Shown piece after piece: positions 7,931 to 14,167 of a stretch of DNA of 15,726 nt. The notes under the pieces were generated by a model. It saw only the letters and a program-made list of their open reading frames with translations, did not search any database and was not told the DNA's origin. Source of the DNA: a virus. The first letter of the stretch is position 1. The number at the start of each line of letters is the position of its first letter. The stretch lies in IMG/VR virus record IMGVR_UViG_3300045988_107423. One strand, given 5' to 3'. A program made the translations under genes and the position numbers.

Positions 7931-8920
7931 TTAAACCATATATAACATATCTTTCGCGTAAACGAATTCAGTTCCACAAGCACGTGCCAGTCCTCCGCCA
8001 AATGTTCCGGGACATTCAACACCGTTCGGGTCTTTTCCCTGTAATAAACATAAGATTTCAAGAGCTGTGACAAGATACTGTGTTTCACCGCGTTTCACAT
8101 AATGCTTACCCGCTTTTTTTCTTGTCTTTTTACCAACTAATCCGTCCTCACCAATGAATGGTTTGCCGTAATCAGCATTCATTGCTCTCTGCACTACACG
8201 AACCGCCATTCTTTTAGTGTTTATTCCAACAATACCGTCAACAGCGATTTGAACGCCCGTAAAATTAATTGCGTGCTGTTGCCCTAAAGCAATCAATTCA
8301 TTTCTTGGGTTTGAGTGACTAGTAGACGGAGGTGGTGTAGTAGGTGTAGCACTTGAAGCTCCATAGTCTTTGTAAACGTGGTTCACATCACATCTTCCAT
8401 TAATACCATCAACAGACCCGTTACTGGTATACTGCCAAATGTCAACATTGTCTACGCCTAACACATTCGAGTATCTAGCTATCCACAAATCATATCCCCA
8501 TGTTTCACCGATATAACTCTCAAACCATGATTTACTAGCGTAGATTCCTGCTTTATATCCATGTGTTAGCATTGCATCACAAAAGCGCTTTGCGTTGTGC
8601 TTTGCTACTCTTTGTGTCCCTTTTTCTTCGCTGTCAAAAAAGACAGGTAGATTAGGTGTGTGTCCTTGTAACAATCTAAGACAATGATTGATTTCACCCT
8701 CGATTCTAGCTGTGGTTTTTGCGTAGGAATAAAAATATACTCCATATGGAATACCCAACCGTTCACATTCACTGACGTTTCGACTCCATTGTTTATCGTC
8801 TTGCGATGCCATGTCTTGCCCGTATCCGCATCGAATAATTACATAATCGACAGCGTTTTTTAATCTCTCAAAATCAATGACACCGTTATGATATGAGATA
8901 TCTACAGCCTTTTTACTCAT
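7931..8920 (-). CDS. Endolysin: GH25 muramidase domain, Pro/Thr/Ser linker and C-terminal peptidoglycan-binding (PG_binding_1-like) repeats (329 aa)
   Basis: ATG 8920 has an AAGGAGG RBS and overlaps the holin stop (ATGAGTAA). AVDISYHNGVIDFERLK...YVIIRCGYG...GIPYGVYFYSY...DIWQYTSNGSVDGI is a GH25 pattern. The linker is ATPTTPPPSTS. DGIVGINTKRMAVRVVQ and DGLVGKKT are PG-binding motifs. Confidence 0.85.
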   Translation of the reverse strand: MSKKAVDISYHNGVIDFERLKNAVDYVIIRCGYGQDMASQDDKQWSRNVSECERLGIPYGVYFYSYAKTTARIEGEINHCLRLLQGHTPNLPVFFDSEEKGTQRVAKHNAKRFCDAMLTHGYKAGIYASKSWFESYIGETWGYDLWIARYSNVLGVDNVDIWQYTSNGSVDGINGRCDVNHVYKDYGASSATPTTPPPSTSHSNPRNELIALGQQHAINFTGVQIAVDGIVGINTKRMAVRVVQRAMNADYGKPFIGEDGLVGKKTRKKAGKHYVKRGETQYLVTALEILCLLQGKDPNGVECPGTFGGGLARACGTEFVYAKDMLYMV

Positions 8921-9149
8921 GTTTCATGTCCTCCTTACTATCAAAAATATCACAGATACGTTGTAGTGCTAACGTATTATTATTTAGCGCATTTGTAATA
9001 TCTGTCATTTCTTCCTTGTGTTCTTCCGTCATCTTTTCAATTTTTTGGTCATTTTTATCCTCCCTGTACTTGACATACCACATGGACGCACACGCAACCA
9101 CGGTCGGAAGTCCTAAACTATTAATTAATGTGATAACTTCATTTGCCAT
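8913..9149 (-). CDS. Holin, BhlA/UviB-like (78 aa, one N-terminal TM helix and a charged coiled C-terminus)
   Basis: ATG 9149 has an AAAGGAGGTG RBS. The TM segment is VITLINSLGLPTVVACASMWYV, followed by KYREDKNDQK... It lies immediately upstream of the endolysin and is translationally coupled to it. Confidence 0.65.
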   Translation of the reverse strand: MANEVITLINSLGLPTVVACASMWYVKYREDKNDQKIEKMTEEHKEEMTDITNALNNNTLALQRICDIFDSKEDMKHE

Positions 9150-9169
9150 GATATCACCTCCTTTTTTCT

Positions 9170-9198
9170 ATCATAACACAAAAGGACTTATTTGTAAA
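9170..9198 (-). promoter_or_regulatory. Candidate sigma-A-type promoter for the holin, endolysin and tail-lysin genes
   Basis: On the minus strand: TTTACA (9193-9198), 17-bp spacer, TGtTATGAT (-10 at 9170-9175). The predicted start is only about 2 nt before the holin SD, which lowers confidence. Confidence 0.4.
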
Positions 9199-9202
9199 TA
9201 AA

Positions 9203-9222
9203 AATGTTTCACGTGAAACATT
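9203..9222. promoter_or_regulatory. parS: Perfect parS-consensus palindrome, copy B
   Basis: AATGTTTCACGTGAAACATT, with the 16-bp core at 9205-9220. It ends 4 nt upstream of the TTTACA -35 at 9193-9198. Confidence 0.75.
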
Positions 9223-9236
9223 GTCCACGTGAAACA
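9221..9236. promoter_or_regulatory. Degenerate parS-like site B' (TTGTCCACGTGAAACA, 14/16)
   Basis: It overlaps the end of copy B, 16 bp centre to centre. One arm, GTGAAACATTTT, is perfect. Confidence 0.45.
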
Positions 9237-9242
9237 TTTTGT

Positions 9243-9352
9243 GTACGTAACAAAATAATCGAATCAAAGGGAACGCAAAACCAAAAATTGATATCAGACT
9301 GCTTGTCTATGTGCGTGTATATCAATTACAATGTTCGTATTATTTTGGGTAC
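9243..9352 (-). ncRNA. Candidate packaging RNA (pRNA-like) or other structured small RNA; the transcript may extend to about 9197
   Basis: There is no ORF. A strong promoter (9359-9387) predicts +1 at about G9352. The 5' GUAC..AAAAUAAU.CG (9352-9336) pairs with CG.AUUAUUUU..GUAC (9261-9243). A perfect 9-bp helix pairs 9319-9327 with 9286-9294. A distal 5-bp helix pairs 9305-9309 with 9295-9299 (one G-U pair). A 9-nt bulge ACACGCACA occupies 9310-9318. Its ACGCA (9312-9316) is complementary to UGCGU (9273-9277). Confidence 0.4.
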
Positions 9353-9358
9353 GATATT

Positions 9359-9387
9359 ATGATATCATATATTATTTAAAATGTCAA
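9359..9387 (-). promoter_or_regulatory. Strong sigma-A-type promoter facing the non-coding gap
   Basis: On the minus strand: TTGACA (9382-9387), 17-bp spacer, TGaTATCAT (-10 at 9359-9364). This is the closest match to consensus in the window. The -35 overlaps the last 2 bp of parS copy C. Confidence 0.65.
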
Positions 9388-9405
9388 TGTTTCACGTGAA
9401 ACATT
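9386..9405. promoter_or_regulatory. parS: Perfect parS-consensus palindrome, copy C
   Basis: AATGTTTCACGTGAAACATT, with the 16-bp core at 9388-9403. It overlaps the ATPase stop codon (9404-9406) on one side and the TTGACA -35 on the other. Confidence 0.75.
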
Positions 9406-10450
9406 AAAAAGATATGACATCAAATATCATGTTCTTACATTCCAAATTTTCAAACAAAAGTAAACCTCTGTTAAAGTATTCCCGTAACATCGTAACGATA
9501 TAATGGGTCGAGTTGACACGAATAGCAGTATTGTCTATAACATCGGTTTTTGTAAAACATATTCGTGTAGGCAAAATATCATCTGCACCTGTTGACACGT
9601 ATAGACACACATCGTATTTTCTTACATTATATAGATTATCATTGTACTTAATTGTACAAATATAACGTGACTGCCCACTTGGTTTACCAATCAGACATTC
9701 ATTGTCATTTAGATATTTATTCTCGCTCGCATACTCATTATAGTCAGCACCCCGAAAAGCTCTTGCAATAGCGCTTTCCTTATACGCTGTTGAAGCGCTT
9801 TCATTATAAGTTCGCTCAAATACCCAACCGTCTCCTCGTAAAAATTTGGTATCTCTCTTTAACATTTTATTGATACCAAACACGCTATAGTAAGGGTTTA
9901 ACAAAGAGACTGTATTCGATGCCATATATAGCATAACTCTCCTATGCTGTTTACCATGTCCCGAACTGATAGTTGTAAGCAACGACAGTAATTTATTTAC
10001 CTCGTTTGGTAAATATATATTATCTTCGTCTTGATATTCATCAAAAAATACAGAACGGATATTGACGAATAACCCACGCATTTTTTTATACTTTCTTGCG
10101 ACAGATAACGATAGGCAATATCCACACGGCTCTTCATTTAGAAATAATTGAACAAGTGAGCCGTTCATTAAACTCTTTTCAGTCATGACATACCCGTCAA
10201 ATTTTTCAGATATATCGCCAAAATATGTATCGGCACAATTCTTCATATCAACTACATTTCTATATAAATAGATAAATTGGTTTTCTGGTCTGTATTTATC
10301 CTTTAAAAAGTCAGATACTTGTCTACACTTGATAGAATAACTTTTCCCTGCCGTTCTATTGCCATCAACTATATAAATATCGGGGATATTCCCGTTTTTA
10401 TCCTTTAAAGTTAGTAATCTATCACAATGATAATAGCCATCATTTTTCAT
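9404..10450 (-). CDS. DNA encapsidation (packaging) ATPase, gp16-like (348 aa)
   Basis: ATG 10450 has an AGGGGGGTG RBS. Walker A is GNRTAGKSY and Walker B is VFFDEY. NQFIYLYRN, YLPNEVNKLLSLLTTI and ASNTVSLLNPYY parallel the recalled phi29 gp16 EQFIYVRRY, YIPNEVSALLNLMDTV and LSNAVSVVNPYF. Confidence 0.9.
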   Translation of the reverse strand: MKNDGYYHCDRLLTLKDKNGNIPDIYIVDGNRTAGKSYSIKCRQVSDFLKDKYRPENQFIYLYRNVVDMKNCADTYFGDISEKFDGYVMTEKSLMNGSLVQLFLNEEPCGYCLSLSVARKYKKMRGLFVNIRSVFFDEYQDEDNIYLPNEVNKLLSLLTTISSGHGKQHRRVMLYMASNTVSLLNPYYSVFGINKMLKRDTKFLRGDGWVFERTYNESASTAYKESAIARAFRGADYNEYASENKYLNDNECLIGKPSGQSRYICTIKYNDNLYNVRKYDVCLYVSTGADDILPTRICFTKTDVIDNTAIRVNSTHYIVTMLREYFNRGLLLFENLECKNMIFDVISF

Positions 10451-10464
10451 TTTAACACCCCCCT

Positions 10465-10484
10465 AATGTTTCACGTGAAACATT
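10465..10484. promoter_or_regulatory. parS: Perfect parS-consensus palindrome, copy D
   Basis: AATGTTTCACGTGAAACATT, with the 16-bp core at 10467-10482. It lies between the terminator (10491-10522) and the ATPase RBS (10455-10463). Confidence 0.75.
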
Positions 10485-10490
10485 TTTTAT

Positions 10491-10522
10491 TTAAAAAAGA
10501 GGGGGTAGCATATTGCCACCCC
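10491..10522 (-). terminator. Intrinsic terminator closing the early (replication) operon
   Basis: In minus-strand RNA, GGGGUGGCA-AUA-UGCUACCCC forms a 9-bp stem with one mismatch (10502-10510 with 10514-10522). CUCUUUUUUAA follows. Confidence 0.65.
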
Positions 10523-10564
10523 ATTAATAAGAAGAGAAATAGAACTGTTTCTCACGTCGTTATA

Positions 10565-10915
10565 TTATAAATTTGACACATCCAAGGTACAATTTATATA
10601 ATCGCGCCCTGCTTTTGTCTTTCCGCTAATTTTAATAATAGAAAATTTTTCACCGTCCATCACGCTTTCAATGTCTTTCAAAGACTGCCTAAATGTTGCA
10701 GACTGTCCAGAATATACTTTCTTATCGGGTGTGATAATGCTCACAATCTCCTGTATATCTCCATTATCTTTAATATCATTAAAGATAATATAACCGTCTA
10801 CAGGAATAGACTCGCCATCTTCAATATTTTTTAATGGTTCAATGTCGGGTGCTGTGGTCATAAGATATTTTTCCACCTTTGTGAACTCTCTACTCATTTC
10901 CTTAATTTCTACCAT
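10565..10915 (-). CDS. Putative ssDNA-binding protein, phi29 p5-like (116 aa)
   Basis: ATG 10915 has an AGGAGGAA RBS. LKNIEDGESI...EIVSIITPDKKVYSGQSATFRQSLKDI...GKTKAGRDYINCTL has the same residue spacing as the recalled phi29 p5 (KNLPDGTII...ETVTTIFAADGSLYSAISKTVAEAASDL...GTSSKGNVFFSLQL). Size and position next to a p6-like gene also fit. Confidence 0.5.
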   Translation of the reverse strand: MVEIKEMSREFTKVEKYLMTTAPDIEPLKNIEDGESIPVDGYIIFNDIKDNGDIQEIVSIITPDKKVYSGQSATFRQSLKDIESVMDGEKFSIIKISGKTKAGRDYINCTLDVSNL

Positions 10916-10940
10916 GTTAATTTCCTCCTATTTTTTCCTT

Positions 10941-11240
10941 TTAATCTTCCTTTTTCATTTCCTGCAACTCTGCTTCAGTAACAATTTTTTCACTCTTAAC
11001 ATCTGAGTTGAGTAAGAACTGCTCATCAGTCATAACACGTTTTTCCAGTTTAAATTTAATATCTAAAATGCAAACAATGTCACCTTTGTACTGCTTTTCA
11101 ATCAAGATTTCTGCTTTTTCTCTTGTCTTACAATTTGCTAGTTTTTCGTCAAAGCAATCTTTCTTGATTTCTCCCGTCTCCTTGTCTTTGTAGATTCTTT
11201 CAACGGATACCTCCGCTGTTACTAATGTCCTTGTAAACAT
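10941..11240 (-). CDS. Putative dsDNA-binding (histone-like) protein, phi29 p6-like (99 aa, acidic C-terminal tail)
   Basis: The likely start is ATG 11240, preceded by AAAGGAGGAA (11246-11255). The upstream TTG extension to 11327 in the ORF track runs through a promoter-like region. EKQYKGDIVCILDI and TDEQFLLNS parallel the recalled p6 KRKYKGEPVQVVSV and PVEKFLEVA. Confidence 0.4.
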   Translation of the reverse strand: MFTRTLVTAEVSVERIYKDKETGEIKKDCFDEKLANCKTREKAEILIEKQYKGDIVCILDIKFKLEKRVMTDEQFLLNSDVKSEKIVTEAELQEMKKED

Positions 11241-11312
11241 CTTTTTTCCTCCTTTTTTCTGCTTTCTTTGAGTGTGAATTGCAATGTAATATGTTTTATT
11301 TATTACACTATT

Positions 11313-11341
11313 ATAATAACATAACAACTAAATATAGTCAA
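11313..11341 (-). promoter_or_regulatory. Candidate sigma-A-type promoter for the p6-like and p5-like gene pair
   Basis: On the minus strand: TTGACT (11336-11341), 17-bp spacer, TATTAT (11313-11318), which is part of TATTATAAT. It sits in the 104-bp gap after the polymerase stop. Confidence 0.5.
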
Positions 11342-11344
11342 GTA

Positions 11345-13234
11345 TTATATCATAATTTTTTTATCTTTTTGTTTGTGTATATTGAAATCTTTATTTCTTA
11401 ATACAATACCACCTTTTACTCGTTCCGCTTTTAAGTTACATGATTTCATCTCAAGTCCCTGTGAAAGTTCTGATATGTCTCTACCCTCTTCGACAAATTT
11501 TCTTTTAGCTTGACTACTCATGCCACATGCTTTTATATCTAGATAGGGTTTCTTAACGGGTTCTCTATCTTTTTCAATAATATGCTCAGCATACGTTTTT
11601 TGCCTTTCATAATAGGCAAAATCAAAAGTCGCCTCGCAACCCCAACAACAAAAATCTGTAGGATGTTCAACTACCATTTTCGCATCTTCCAATCCTAATA
11701 AATGAATAGAATCAGTGTCAGCATAACAAAATCTATCATAATTTGCTATAGCGTGGCGTATTGTAAAGTTCATAGCATATGAAGTAATAGCACTACCAAT
11801 AGGGATATACCCTACTTTCTTTTCATGCTCCTCATGTAAGATAAAACTGATAATACCGTCCTTACTAAGATATGGCTCTTTATATGAGGAGTTATCCGAC
11901 ATAGCAAATTTACCGTAAAGATTATTTAAAAAGAGTTTCGCTTTTTGTCTTTTAAAACCTTTTGAAGTTCTTTTTTCTTCACCATACTTATCTATGTATT
12001 CATCAAAAAAACCTGTACTTGCATAAAACCACACATAATCATATACAGCTAAATCATATATTTCATACGTTTCATTAAATAATTCCCAATCAGTACAAGT
12101 CATGGTTAGCGTAACATTAGTATCATGCATTTGACCGTCAATATCACGATAATATCTATAGTATTCACCTTTATATCTAACATCAGATGTATATAAATTT
12201 TCGTTTGCTTTATACAAGGCACTATGTCTAATGTGAACCCAAGGAAAAAATCCTGCTTTTAATCGAAAACGGCAATTGAATCGTATAAAAAAGTATTTAT
12301 TAGTAGAACTAATAAGTTCTTCTGGCGGTGTACCTCTGTGATATTCACCGTGACCGAATGGATATATATTTCCAGAAACACTATGCATCATAGATGGATA
12401 TAGAGAATTTACATCATATACCAACCCTGCACCAACGGGCATATGCGCGTACCTCGGATTGACATAGCACCACCCTCCGTGATAGGAATTATGAATATAA
12501 TCCCACTGATTCCATGTTCCTGTAATAGATTTATCGAGATAATCATCTCGAATATCAGGAAATAACTTCTCATATTGTTTACCGTCATAAAATCCTTTAA
12601 ATTCTGATAAACAACATGAACCAATAGTCAATTTATCGTGTTTTTCATTAAACATCATTTCAAGAGCCTCTTTTAACACTAACACATCATTTTCAATATA
12701 CTTTTTCTCATTATCTGATATATCACAATAGGCATATCTTTCACCCTCATATTTCATCTCTAATTTTTGATGTTTTGTTTTAAAAGATTCTCCTATATCT
12801 TTCAATGATGAGGGCATAAGCTTCAAAGAGTTCCGAATCTCCAAAAAAGTCTTATTCCATTTTAATTTTAACCAATACCACGCTCCCATATCAGAGATGC
12901 AAGTCTGAAACTCTTTTGACCTCATTTCTTTATCTTTACAGTGAACCCATTGCCAACCCTCTTTTAATAGAAAGTCAACTATAAAAGAACCGTCAAAAGC
13001 TAGGTTATGAAAGTACAATATATTATTTCCTTTCATTGTTAGAAATCTATTTAAAAAATCTCTTATAGAGTGTGTTATTGTTACGGTTTCGGATTCATCA
13101 TATAAAGCCACGTCAGCACCCGACCAGACCTCTGCACTGTCTTGTTTTTTACCTTTTTCCCGTTCTACCTTTTCACCCCAAACAGTTGTTTCAAAATCGC
13201 ACGCCCAAAAAGTAATATTCTTTTCACGTGGCAT
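11345..13234 (-). CDS. Protein-primed family B DNA polymerase (629 aa)
   Basis: The likely start is ATG 13234 (MPREKNITFWACDFETT; phi29 has MPRKMYSCDFETT) after AAGGTGGTGA. The ORF track's GTG at 13246 falls within that RBS. Motifs: ExoI DFETT, ExoII HNLAFDGSFIV, ExoIII YIENDVLVL, motif A DVNSLYPSMM, motif B KLFLNNLYGKF, motif C YADTDSIH, and QKTY...IKACGMS near the C-terminus. Confidence 0.95.
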   Translation of the reverse strand: MPREKNITFWACDFETTVWGEKVEREKGKKQDSAEVWSGADVALYDESETVTITHSIRDFLNRFLTMKGNNILYFHNLAFDGSFIVDFLLKEGWQWVHCKDKEMRSKEFQTCISDMGAWYWLKLKWNKTFLEIRNSLKLMPSSLKDIGESFKTKHQKLEMKYEGERYAYCDISDNEKKYIENDVLVLKEALEMMFNEKHDKLTIGSCCLSEFKGFYDGKQYEKLFPDIRDDYLDKSITGTWNQWDYIHNSYHGGWCYVNPRYAHMPVGAGLVYDVNSLYPSMMHSVSGNIYPFGHGEYHRGTPPEELISSTNKYFFIRFNCRFRLKAGFFPWVHIRHSALYKANENLYTSDVRYKGEYYRYYRDIDGQMHDTNVTLTMTCTDWELFNETYEIYDLAVYDYVWFYASTGFFDEYIDKYGEEKRTSKGFKRQKAKLFLNNLYGKFAMSDNSSYKEPYLSKDGIISFILHEEHEKKVGYIPIGSAITSYAMNFTIRHAIANYDRFCYADTDSIHLLGLEDAKMVVEHPTDFCCWGCEATFDFAYYERQKTYAEHIIEKDREPVKKPYLDIKACGMSSQAKRKFVEEGRDISELSQGLEMKSCNLKAERVKGGIVLRNKDFNIHKQKDKKIMI

Positions 13235-13251
13235 TACACTCACCACCTTTT

Positions 13252-13959
13252 TTATTCTTCTTCAATAACAATATCTTGCTCTTGTAAAAATTCTTGAAAA
13301 TCTTCTGTGGTATTAAGAACACCCATTCTACGTAAAATATTCCAAAAGACAGCATCAACCGTGGCTTTATCCATGTACGGTTCTGTTGGAAATGCTTCGG
13401 GCTCTTTAGAATATGTATACGCAAATAACGCTCTTTCTTTATCTGATGCATTATATAATAAAGCGTCTGTTTTTTCACGTAAATAATCAGCTGTTTTTGG
13501 TGCGAAACTTTCTAAAGAATCATACCACGAATCAATAATAGCTTCATAATCTAATACAGGTGTTGCTATATTTACCCTAATACCTCTCTTTTGTAAGGCT
13601 TTTAATTCCTTTAATCCATATTCATGGATTCTTGCGTACTCCTGTTGTTGTGGTGTTAATTTTATGAAAACTCTATTAATTTCAAGAGCGTGTTTACGTC
13701 CGTACTCTTTAGAACTTATTAACTCACCTGTAATCATATTTACAACAGATGCTTTATCACGTATTTCTTTAGCTCTCTGTTTTTTCAGTCTTTCAATAGA
13801 CGCTTGAGTAGGTTTTTTCACTCGCTTAATTCTATCTACCTGTACACCTTGTTTTTGCTGATTTCTAACACGTGCTAAATACTTATTATATTCTTTATTG
13901 TATTGCTGTTGCAAAATAGAGGCTTTTACGCGTTTCTTTTTTATTTTCTTATTTGACAT
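13252..13959 (-). CDS. Putative terminal protein (235 aa)
   Basis: It lies immediately upstream of the polymerase, as phi29 gene 3 does. Size is similar to the 266-aa phi29 protein. The N-terminal third is strongly basic (KKIKKKRVK...RNQQKQ...KKQRAKE) and the C-terminus is acidic. The genome ends in ITRs. The priming residue was not identified. Confidence 0.6.
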   Translation of the reverse strand: MSNKKIKKKRVKASILQQQYNKEYNKYLARVRNQQKQGVQVDRIKRVKKPTQASIERLKKQRAKEIRDKASVVNMITGELISSKEYGRKHALEINRVFIKLTPQQQEYARIHEYGLKELKALQKRGIRVNIATPVLDYEAIIDSWYDSLESFAPKTADYLREKTDALLYNASDKERALFAYTYSKEPEAFPTEPYMDKATVDAVFWNILRRMGVLNTTEDFQEFLQEQDIVIEEE

Positions 13960-13961
13960 GC

Positions 13962-14156
13962 TTAACTATCCTCTTTTTCAACTTTTCTTAATAATAAACC
14001 ATGTGGAACACGAGTATATTCAATATAATCTCCTGCATGAATGTCTAAATCTTTTACTGCTTCTTTCGGGAGCATGACACGGGCGGTATAACCGCCTGTG
14101 CCACCTTTTGTAAACATTACTTTATAGCGCAATAATTGATTTGTTAATTTTGCCAT
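13962..14156 (-). CDS. AbrB/MazE/SpoVT-type (swapped-hairpin) DNA-binding protein (64 aa), a candidate phage transcription regulator
   Basis: ATG 14156 has an AAGGAGGAA RBS. GGYTARVMLPKEAVKDLDIHAGDYIEYTRVPHGLLLRKV fits the SpoVT-AbrB pattern (x-V-x-[IL]-P-K-x(5)-L-x(4)-G-D-x-[IL/V]-E...L-x-K). Confidence 0.6.
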   Translation of the reverse strand: MAKLTNQLLRYKVMFTKGGTGGYTARVMLPKEAVKDLDIHAGDYIEYTRVPHGLLLRKVEKEDS

Positions 14157-14167
14157 AATTTTCCTCC

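Larger units (their letters stand above)
9201..9240 (-). terminator. Candidate intrinsic terminator formed by the parS B/B' doublet
   Basis: In minus-strand RNA, AAAAUGUUUCACGUG (9240-9226) pairs perfectly over 15 bp with CACGUGAAACAUUUU (9215-9201). The loop is GACAAUGUUU and UAUUU follows. Confidence 0.4.

Noticed and set aside
9149-9367. Three copies of the 8-bp palindrome TGATATCA within about 220 bp (9149-9156, 9289-9296, 9360-9367), including the 12-bp palindrome TATGATATCATA at 9358-9369.
   Set aside because: Each copy is already explained: the holin spacer and start codon, one arm of the 9-bp RNA helix, and the extended -10 element. AT-rich short palindromes are common here, so I could not argue for a separate operator. 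It may be worth a glance if the promoter is studied.
7889-10484. Reading the 20-bp palindromes only as ordinary intrinsic terminators, or as generic E-box or PmlI (CACGTG) restriction-site clustering.
   Set aside because: A single palindrome gives an AU-rich stem of 8-10 bp with only two G-C pairs. Two copies sit directly before an RBS in mid-operon and one is inside a gene. Identity over 20 bp, with an exact 16/16 match to the parS consensus, is far more specific than a 6-bp site. An RNA-level role is kept only for the B/B' doublet.
10524-10600. A possible promoter for the ATPase gene upstream of the terminator: TTGTAC-17-TATAAT on the minus strand, around 10566-10594.
   Set aside because: The -35 is poor (3/6), the element lies within the end of the p5-like gene, and any transcript would run straight into the terminator at 10491-10522.
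11241-11327. N-terminal extensions in the ORF track: 10941-11327 (TTG), 833-1720 (TTG), 11345-13246 (GTG) and 1690-2442 (ATG).
   Set aside because: In each case an internal start with a strong GGAGG or GGTGG RBS at proper spacing is available. The extension would run through a promoter or RBS, or overlap the upstream gene extensively. For the polymerase, the internal ATG also restores the phi29-like MPR...DFETT N-terminus.
3358-11495. Spo0A-box-like heptamers, looked for because phi29 is repressed by Spo0A: TGTCGAA at 3358-3364 and 3973-3979, and TTCGACA at 11489-11495.
   Set aside because: Three hits is close to the roughly two expected by chance for a 7-mer on both strands in 15.7 kb. All are inside coding regions and none is near a predicted promoter.
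13221-13236. Other CACGTG- or CACGT-containing sequences as extra parS sites, such as TTTTCACGTGGCATTA at the polymerase start, and CACGT motifs near 10545, 13477 and 15416.
   Set aside because: The best is only about 11/16 matches to the parS consensus, and the flanks are not palindromic. The one at 13221-13236 is explained by the MPRE codons of the polymerase.
7019-13478. Nested or out-of-frame minus-strand ORFs: 7019-7240, 7382-7636, 7897-8088, 12409-12624 and 13224-13478.
   Set aside because: They overlap strongly supported genes (tail lysin, endolysin, polymerase, terminal protein) in other frames. They have no RBS and no recognisable motifs.
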